From Ramazzottius varieornatus (taxonomy: Eukaryota > Animalia > Tardigrada): 64,000 nucleotides of DNA. A program made the position numbers and the translations under genes. The stretch lies in assembly GCA_001949185.1 (NCBI GenBank), contig BDGG01000004.1, positions 3,045,267-3,109,266 of the forward strand, read 5' to 3'. Below, piece by piece: positions 37,712-46,938 of this stretch (position 1 is its first letter; every line of letters begins with the position of its first letter). Below the pieces are notes generated by a model. The model had not been told where the DNA came from, ran no database searches, and worked only from the letters and a program-made list of their open reading frames with translations.

Positions 37712-39502
37712 ATGGCAAGTCCGGGAGACGGTAACCGCAAACGCAAGAAGAATGGCGAATCATCTCATGGCGAAGCGGGTCCTACCACATCGCAGCCAGC
37801 ACCAGCGACGTCTCCAGAACCGAAAGAGCTCCCAGGCTTCGTATACGATCCCGTCACTCGAAGATATTTTCGCGTTTCCGACCGCGGTCCAAATAACAAT
37901 TTCAACGTGGCTACAGATCAGCTTCTCTCTCGACATCGAGAGATAACGCGTCGTAAAGAAGTATGGATAGAACAAGCTGTCAAGAAGGCCTCCAGTATGG
38001 CGTTGGTCAGTCTGCTGCATTCCGTGTATCTTCCACCTTCACTGTCTGCTCCCCGTCTTCAGACACGGAAGCTAGCTGCGTATCAGCATAGTTACCTGTT
38101 TAACCTCGATCCTTCTTCGACAAAGCACTCCCCCAGGAGAGCGGATTGTGGTGACTCGAATGAGTATGGGACGAGTTTTGGGCTTGCCGATGTCAGTTAC
38201 GGGGAAGAACCATCAGTGTACATGAGCATGGGAAACTCCTATGAGCCTTGCCCGTTGCGCCGTTCTTTCTTCATGGTGCGTTACGGTCTCAAGTGGGAAA
38301 AGAAGAAGAAGAATGGCCGAGGATACCAGCTTGTTTCCAAAACATGGCTGAAAGAACTGTAAGAAGTGGAAGGCCAGCAAACGATTTGAACATAATCGTT
38401 TTCCGAAGTAGCGCACATGCTGGGCCAGTAACAATGGCACGTGCGCCACTTGAGATAACGATCATGATTAAGTCAATTGCTGACGTCCCATTACTAAAAG
38501 TCTTTCAACTTGATAGTCAACTTTGTTACAGCCTGGATGATGATCGACTACCTGTGCCAGGAATAACCGGGATTAGAGTTGAGACGATAAAAGCTCTACC
38601 GGGGAGTATTGACAATGAAGTAGCGCTGCTCTGTGAAGTGCGAACTCGGCCAGGTTCTCAGATCAATGCTCTTCCTGGTTCTCTCCTGTTAACGTCGGGT
38701 GACGATCTGGAAGTCAAGTTAGGGGGATCTTTTCCCCGTGTACAGCGTATCTGTGCCTTTAGCAATGACCGTCACGATCGGATAGTGGCTACTGCAACAG
38801 CTGACTCTGGCGAAGTGCATCTGATGAGGTTTGAGGATTCCGCGATGAAAATAGTGACATTTCCCGGAATCGTCTCCAGTCTGGAGTTCTTCGCTTCCAA
38901 CAACAATAATGTCTTCTTGGCTGGTAACAGAACTAGTCAAGTGCTTCTCTCAGACATTCGGCAACCAGCTCGATCGAAGGAACTTTTGGGCGCAAAGACG
39001 TGGAAGCCGCTAGACGCATCAGGTCACTGCGTCATCACAGGCATAAAGTCACTAACGGTGAGTTCTGTATACCAATTTTTCGTTTCCCGATACTGTCAAT
39101 TATCACTAGGATATTTTTTAGAATAATCGGTTCATCACAACCATCGCCGCTCTTCCTGAACAAGTTCCAAAAATGTTGATGTGGGATCTTCGCAACGCTT
39201 GCAGGACACCTGTCGCGGTCTACGAAGATACATTCTTCCCTTTCAACCGAAAACCACCAACACTTAGTTTATCCTTGGATGAGACACTGGTAGCAGCGAG
39301 CGATTCTGAAGGTGTCACTAGATTTTGGGATGTTAATAGCGGTTCCATATTAGCTCGTTTACCTCCACATACATCTCTTTCGTTAGAGGAGGTTCAAAAG
39401 TGTCCACCAGTCTCTGTGATTTGTGGAAATAAGTACGGTGGTAGCGCAGTCTTACAAATCCTGCTGGGCAAACGTCCATCTGTTCACATGCTCAATTTGT
39501 AA
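37712..39502 (+). CDS. DCAF4: DDB1- and CUL4-associated factor 4-like WD40 protein (3 exons)
   Basis: N-terminal ELPGFVYDPVTRRYFRV motif characteristic of DCAF4/WDR21; WD repeats VLLSDIR, LMWDLR and TRFWDVNSG; introns ~38359-38531 and ~39058-39121. Confidence 0.78.
38367..38490. mobile_element. Family-A foldback element (124 bp) filling most of DCAF4 intron 1
   Basis: TGGAAGGCCAGCAAAC...AAGTAGCGCAC-loop-GTGCGCCACTTGAGATAACGATC...TTGCTGACGTCCCA. Confidence 0.8.
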
Positions 39503-39569
39503 CAAAGCTTCAAATAAAACCATACATGGTGCAGAAATCATAATAAGCACGTTTAGCTTTGAGACTTTT

Positions 39570-41744
39570 CTAGTTTCGCTTCGGTAAAAGTTTAGGTAAG
39601 TTCTTGATATTTTCCAGGTTGAAATTCGCTCTTTCCGACGCTCTTTTTTCTCTTCTCCCATCTTGGAACTGCGCGGCGTCGCCCATCTTCTTCGGTGACC
39701 GCAGTACAGTCTGGTTCCTCTGTGTTTGTCTGATTGCCATCCGACCTTGGTCCGTCTCAAGGTATCCGTCAGTGCGGACTTCTTGAACGTGCCGAACTTC
39801 CTGGTAGTTCTCGTAGTTTTCTTCGTCGTAGTGCTCGATAATGCTTTCTCCAGCGAGGTTCCCACCTCTTGGCCCATTTTGCCTATTACCTACTAGCCGA
39901 TGACGCTCCAGATAGTTTCGAGTAGCTATACTCACCCCACTAGCCCATATTTCAGCTTCCGGGTTGCCAGCATTCATCGGCCATGCACGAGAAGACGACG
40001 CAGCCGATGCGAAGCGAGGTCCTCCGACATCGGGTCCGAGGTACTTTGCAGCTATCTGGTTGCAGACGATGCTCACCTCACTAGATCGACCGGGAAATAT
40101 CATACCATCTCCTTCTGGATACAATGAAGGATAATGCTCGACATGCGGATCAACAGGTGGCTGCAGACAGGAGATCAACATTTAGAATCGAAAACTCTTT
40201 CTATACCGAAACAAAATTCTGTTGTTGAACGACAAAATATGATCTATGTCAGTACATCAGGGATTCGCGAACTCGAGATAGAGAGTCCAAATTTAAGAAT
40301 ACGAGACGTCGGCTGCCGACGGTCGGCAAATGACCTTGAACATGATCGTTTTCCGAAGTGGCGCACACTGCCAGCTGATAACAATGAGTGAGTGTGCCAC
40401 TCGAGATAATGATCAGATTCAATTCATTTGCCCGTGGCCCATATGGTTGTGTGGAGATCGTACCAGAAGTACTTTGTCGTTTCTGCTATTCACAGCTAAT
40501 GCCAGTTGATGGGGCGTATCTTCCGCCTTGTTAGTTTTCTGGTTCTGGCTGTTGCTTTCTTCGCTTAGCCTCGCACTGAAGACTACTGCATCCGTCATGA
40601 TGCCCACTTCTTTGCTGTCAGCGTGATCTGTCTGAGAAGCAGTGTGACAGACAATGCGACTGGATCTCGTTTTCTCGATTAGGTCGTTGTACGCAGCCAC
40701 GTAGCATTGCAGTTGGCTATGAAGGAGGGCGACTTCTTCGTCTTGTACCTGTAGACGTTGTACCAAGTAGGAAGTTTCATCCATCGGGATTCGAATGGGC
40801 CGTGGAGATATCATGGTACTGGATGGGGTGGAGAAGGAGTACGTTAACGGAGGAACTACTGGAAGATGCTCGAGTGGTGAGGAAAAAGTCGCGTCGAACC
40901 GTAAAGGATTCACCTGTCGAAATCAAGAAAATATAACAAAAACGTGTTCAGCTAAGATATTACCAACTAAAAGAGACCAACTAAAGAGTCAGAGAATTAC
41001 CACACCAAATTAGTCGGAGCATTAGGTGACTTTTGGGCACTCAGGGCATTCACGTTAAAGCTGGCGAAAGGAAAGTTTCTCGATGGCTGTCTTTCAGGTG
41101 TGATCATGGAAGGAGGAACGTAAGGCGAGCTTGGAATATTGTCTCGATTTTCCGTTGGAAAATAACCTTGAAATGGCAGAGCTTGCTTCGCAGAGGTTGG
41201 ATTGAGCTGGGGGAGCGAAGGGAAGACGTCAGTTCTGGAAGCAGAAATGTCTGGCTCGTTTTCTTTTTCTTCTATGACGAGGGATAGCTCGGGAACTAAT
41301 GGTCCTAATTTGGTAGCCTGTAACACGACCTCAAACTTTGGGTTAACTATAACTTTTCTAGTGGAGCATGAAGCCACGAGATCTGCGGATGTACAGTATA
41401 ATAAAAGCTCTGGTATAACACTGAGTTACTACCTGTAAAGGACTTGGAACAGGAGCCGTGGAATGCTTCAGCTCAGCATCTTCGTCCCGCGTAGACAGTG
41501 TACCGTTGGAGCCAGCAGCAGCATTCAGAATCACGCCAGTGGATCCGTTAGATGAAACGGTTGAACTCTTGCGTAGTTGGTCATGGAGCTCTCGACCAGA
41601 GGATGTTCGACGTATCCCAGCCACGGTACCTGGGCTTTGCTTGCTGCTGGATACGGGTGTACTGATGACCACCCGTCTTTGGAGAGCTGCAGCTGGGGTT
41701 CCGACCTTACTCTTCACGCTTGATCCCGGTGAGCTCTTCTTCAT
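39570..41744 (-). CDS. STIL: STIL/Ana2/SAS-5-like centriole assembly protein
   Basis: Central coiled coil YLVQRLQVQDEEVALLHSQLQ; STAN-like motif SIVCNQIAAKYLG...VSIATRNYLERHRL; C-terminal TIM-like FNLENIKNLPKLL. The start codon is uncertain. Confidence 0.75.
40317..40441. mobile_element. Family-A foldback element in STIL-like intron
   Basis: GGTCGGCAAATG...GATCGTTTTCCGAAGTGGCGCAC-loop-GTGTGCCACTCGAGATAATGATC...CATTTGCCC. Confidence 0.78.
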
Positions 41745-42382
41745 CGTGGAGTTCGATCAGCAGGGGTTATGTCGACAGAACACAAACAACGAGAAATGAG
41801 CAGTCTGAGTGAATGCTGGATCGACGACGGACTGTCCGATTCTCCCAACTCCCTCAGCAGCGCTGTCCGGTTGTCACCTCAGGAACACTGCTTTTCCCAC
41901 CACAGGCTCATGCAAATCTGCAAACAAACTCCGGAAGTATCTGATACTTCTCCATATTCCAGCAGGAAGCCAGAAACTAGAAATGAACTGACGAACGGTT
42001 GAAACAGATCGTTTGCAGCTTTGCTGGTACTTGGGAGTTGTTGATCATCCAAATCAATTGATCAATAATCCTGCCGCTTCAAAGCAGCTCAGTCGGTCGG
42101 TCTGAGGTGGACCAATATTGGTTAATTCAGCCTCACTTTCTCTGTATCACTTGGTTACTGGATTAGGACAACTGGAACGCCGGTCAGAGAGTCGGTACGA
42201 CCGAGCTGGTGAACCAAAGCCACATTTCAATGTTTTGGTTTTCCTTTCATTTCAATTTTCAAACGCAAGCAGACACGACAGGAATTCCGACTGCATCTTT
42301 CCTCGGCCTCGAGCTCGTGTCTGTCTTCAAAAGTCGGATATGTTTTGTCGTCTTTTTAGGTGGCAGAAATAACGTTGTGCTT

Positions 42383-45300
42383 ATGATGAGGGCTAAGGCA
42401 GCATACGTGGAGCGGGACGAGACGGACCTGTATAGGAATGGCATCACCGAGCTGGACGAGAAGTTGCCAATCTTCAGCCACCGACCAGCTATCTTGGATG
42501 CGATCGAGAAGAGTATGGTGGTTCTGGTCCATGGAGCTACTGGATCGGGGAAAACCACACAGATCCCGCAATACATTCTGGATGCTGGGATCCGCAAGGG
42601 ACAACTCCCAAATATCATCGTCACGCAGCCACGTCGAATCGCCGCAGTCAGCATCGCTCGTCACGTCTGTCACGAGCGGAGGTGGGAGCTAGGTGGCCTC
42701 GTCGGATATCGGATCGCCCAGGATTCGGTCTCCAGCCAGCAGACGAGAATCCTTTACTGCACACAAGGTGTCTTCTTAGAAATGATGAAAGATCGCAACT
42801 GTCTGAGCCGTGTCACGCACATCGTGCTGGATGAAATGCACGAGCGAGAAGAGGAGATGGACCTGGCTTTGCTGCTGATGCGAAAGTTAGTCCTCGACGT
42901 CGCCCCACATCATAGCATCAAGCTGATCGTCATGTCGGCCACCATGGAAATTGACAAGTTTTCCACGTACCTGCTGAACCCTCCAGTTATCGCTATTCAA
43001 ACCAGGATGTTCTCGGTCGAGGAATATTACCTGGACGATCTTCCAGATACCAAGGTGTTCTGCTCTTTCCAGATTGCCTGCGATTGCCTGTCAACATTAT
43101 TTTTTCGTTTTGCAGGATATAAGCGGGTTTAGCTTGGACGTTCCTGGCATCCTGCCACAGATTCCGGCAGAGGTGGCCAACCTTATCGACAAGTTTGACG
43201 ACTATGAAGAGGAAACTAGCTCGTAAGTTTTGTGTCATCCCATCTGCAAAACTTGATCGACTTTTCAGCTCAGCCGTGATTTCAACTATTGGAAACAGAA
43301 ATGATCACAGTTGACGATTCTGATATAAATCCATTGTTGTAAAATGATGTACACTGTACAATGATGTTATAACCTATAAACGGGAGCTGGTCAAACAAAC
43401 CGTACTATATCGGTGTTTCAAGTGGCGCACGTTTATCTCTCGTTGGCTGGAACGGTGCGCCACTCAAAATACCAAGCTTAAGCACTTTTTCTTACCGGCT
43501 TTCGAATGTTCTAATATTGTAATATGGTATAGGATGTCGAACGCTGTAATACGATGAGCTTTTTCTTAGGAACGTGAAAGGAGTCGTCCTCATATTCGTG
43601 TCAGGTCTTCGCGATATCCAAGATTTCACCAAACTCCTCATTGATAAGGCCTTCTCAAGTGGTAAGCAATGGGTCGTCCTTCCCCTCCACTCCACAGTCA
43701 GCCGCCAAGACCAAGATCGAGTGTTCGCTGAGCTTCCACCCGACACACGCCGGATTATCGTCTCAACCAACATCGCCGAGAGTTCCGTCACTATTCCAGA
43801 CGTCAAGTACGTCATCGACCTGTGCCTAACGAAACAGATGACGCGCGACGAGCGCTCGTCTTTTACATCGCTGCGTCAAGCGTGGACCTCTAAGTCCAGC
43901 TGCGACCAGCGCAAAGGTCGAGCTGGCCGTCTGTCAGAAGGAATGGTTTTTCGGATGGTTCCTCGCGCTTTCTTCGAACAACTGCCTTCCCACACCACGC
44001 CCGAAATGCTGCGTATCCCGTTGCATCGTACCATTCTTCGCGTGAAGGTTCTGGACATTCCTGGTCGTATCCATGAAGTCATGGCGGACGCACTGGATCC
44101 TCCAGATGCACAAGCTGTTGAGCGAAGTGTACTGGAACTTATGGAGTCCGGAGCTTTAAGTATTCCATCTCGATGGAGCTCCTCGAAGAAGCAAGTGATC
44201 GACAATATTCTTTTGGTTTTCTGGATAGAACTTAAAAAGCGAGGTCTCTAGCTCGATCGGTTTTCTGAATCCACGCTGTATATTTTTGCGATTGGGCATT
44301 CCCGGAGTTAATAAATGAGAAAACTGCAATGAGAAAACTACGGGAACATCAACTAGACTAGCAAGGAAGCTCAAATGAGAGCTGGGCAAATGAGTTGAAC
44401 CAGATCATCATCCCAAGTGGCGCACGTTCTCGCAGTCATTGGCTGATAGCGTGCGCCACTCAAAATACGGATATCAGTTTTTTGGCCCAGTTCCCAAATG
44501 TCCTAATATTGTAATAGTGTTTATAAAACGTCTAACTGTACAAATGTGCTTTCAACTACATTGAAACGGATCGGTAGCGATGAATTGACCTACGTGTTTT
44601 CTATCTTATCCTTTGTTTCTTTCTAGTTTGGACGGTCAATTGACGTCAGTCGGTCGGATAATGTCGAACCTACCACTGGATATTCCGTTGAGTCGCCTGG
44701 TAATTCTCTCCATAGCGTTCGGCTGCGTTGAAGAAGGGATCCAGTTGGCGGCCTGTCTTGCATCACGGAGCTTCTGGGACGTCAATTTCGGGAACGACCG
44801 TGACAAATACCGGATGAAGATGGTGTGGGACCGCGGATACCACAGCGACCTTCTGGCGACCCTCAACGCCTTCCAGGCCTGGGAGAGAAACAAGAGCACG
44901 TTCCGCGGGAAGGTCGCCGCCGAACGCGAGTGGTGCAAGCAGTATCTCATTAATTACTTCCGGATTAATGAGACGAAGCTGTTGTATGATGACTTGTACG
45001 AACGAGTGGAAAGATTGGGGCTGTACTTCCCGTTTGGCGCTCAGCAGAAGTCTGTCGGTGGGTGGGACCTTCGAGCCGTTGAAGGTATGCTGTAAATCGG
45101 TCAATCAAATTCTTGTCTGATTTTCCGAGTGAGAGTTGGGCAAACAGAACGCACTGTACGAGATGGTTATTAAAAGGCGCACACTTGCAGCCGGTAACAA
45201 TGAGAATGTGCGCCGCTTGGGTGAACGATCTTGTATGCTTCGTTTGCAAATTCATTTTGCAGGCAAGCCGGAAGTGGATGCAGTGCTGCTGTTGCAGCTG

Positions 45301-46673
45301 TTGATCGCTGGTGCTTTCTACCCCAACTACTTTCTCCAGGATGCCAAGCATAACCAGCAGTCGTCACCGGATGTGGAGTTAGAAAAGAACGCCTTGGTTT
45401 TGACTGTCCAGCCTAACGAGCCCATCTACGCCCAAGGCGTAAAGAACTGGTTCGGGAGATCCGAACTGCCTATTCCTGCCGGTGTGGAGGTTGACGAAGA
45501 CCAAGGGGAAGTCCGGGTTACGTTTGACAAGGACGACTACTTTACCCGGTCCGATGTCCCGTTAGCAGTATACTTTTGCCTGAAGCTGGGTACTTTCAAG
45601 GATGGAAGTTCCACCAGTGTTCGCCGAGTGATCGAGCCACCGCCCAGAATCACCGGCGTGTTACAATTCCAGCCACGACAAGTTCAGATAAGGCAGACGG
45701 TACGTTGCATTTCATTCATCGACTGAAATTGAAATTCAAAACGTTCACGAAACGACGTCTTCCTTTTCTTTGTTCAGAAAGCGCCCAAGGCTGAGTTCCG
45801 TCCGGTAGAGTTCAGCGGTCCTCACTCAAACCTTCTGTTGGAACCCAACAAGTTCCATGGCATTACGCGTGACATCAGCTACCGACAAATCCGACTATCG
45901 AACCTATCCGTTAACAGCGTCATCATCAACACAGCCGACAACCCCAGCCTGCGCCGTATGCTTGTCAGTTCCGCAGTTTCCGCAGCTGAAGCTGGCGACC
46001 ACTTGTACCTCGAGGACTCTACTCTGATGCCGGCTCTTCCTGGCTTCAACGACCTCGTTATCCTGCTATTAGCGCCAGACATCACTTTCTTGGTTAATGA
46101 CAAGGACAAGGTACTATACGAAACCAGCGTTTCACTTCGAATTCGTGACAATCCAGTTTTGAGCTGGGCAAACAAAACCTGCAAGATCGTTATCCTCGGT
46201 GGCGCACCTCTTCGGCCGATAACAATGAAAACGTGCGCCACTTGAGATAGCCATCTTGTATGTTATGCTTGCCCAGCTCCCAAAATTGCGTGCACACGTA
46301 CCTGGCTCAAGACGTAGTTCAGTAAAATACTTTTCGGTTTCAGGTTGTCAAGTACCGCGCCGGGCTGGGAACCTCGCAGCCCACACCAAGTGCACCAGGA
46401 AGAAGCTTCTGGAAGGACCATGACATCGAGCGTTCTTTCGACGTGGATTTCACCCGACGCCAGATCTTCGGCATGCAGAAAATGCGCGATGCGATGCGCC
46501 TGTGCTTCGAGGAAGACATGCTGGCTCATGATGCTTGGCGTCGCACCGTCATCCCAAAGGTCCAGGACATTCTTCGGGGGCTATTACAATGGTGGGTTGA
46601 AGAAGACTTCGCCCCACCGATGCAAGAACCTCCTTCCTTCAGTCGCTTTCACAATAGATCCTCGGCTAATTAA
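42383..46673 (+). CDS. TDRD9: Spindle-E/TDRD9-like DExH RNA helicase (piRNA pathway family), apparently lacking the Tudor domain
   Basis: LPIFSHR...GATGSGKTTQIPQYILD; TQPRRIAAVSIARHVCHERRWELGGLVGY; DEMHER; MSAT; STNIAESSVTIPDVKYVID; QRKGRAGR; AGAFYPNYF; spn-E-type C-terminus SVNSVI...RMLVS...STLMPALPG...HDIERSFDVDF. The N-terminus may extend through an upstream exon at ~42167-42208. Confidence 0.85.
43381..43504. mobile_element. Family-A foldback element in TDRD9-like intron
   Basis: CGGGAGCTGGTCAAAC...CAAGTGGCGCAC-loop-GTGCGCCACTC...TTACCGGCTTTCG. Confidence 0.78.
44376..44496. mobile_element. Family-A foldback element in TDRD9-like intron
   Basis: TGAGAGCTGGGCAAAT...CAAGTGGCGCAC-loop-GTGCGCCACTC...TTTGGCCCAGTTCCCA. 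Confidence 0.8.
45130..45254. mobile_element. Family-A foldback element in TDRD9-like intron
   Basis: TGAGAGTTGGGCAAAC...AGGCGCAC-loop-GTGCGCCGCTT...GATCTTGTATGCTTCGTTTGC. Confidence 0.75.
46159..46282. mobile_element. Family-A foldback element in TDRD9-like intron
   Basis: GAGCTGGGCAAAC...CAAGATCGTTATC...GTGGCGCAC-loop-GTGCGCCACTTGAGATAGCCATCTTG...TTGCCCAGCTCCCA. Confidence 0.82.
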
Positions 46674-46938
46674 CTTAGCTCAGAATAACTGGTGGTGTTC
46701 TATGCGTTTGTGATCAGTTGAGCAGTCTTCATCAGTCTCGGTTCTAGCCGCATTTTTATACAAGTTCTTACGATTGATACCACTGTGGTCTTTCCCCTGT
46801 CTTCAGTACTTTGAAGGGTATGTGCATTGTGGAATTTGTTCGATCTAACATTCTTGAAGGGAATAGCAGAAGCAGGTTCGAAATCTCATTGGATCGCGCA
46901 GACGATAAAGCGTGAAAGTAACACAGCGTATGCAGCAC

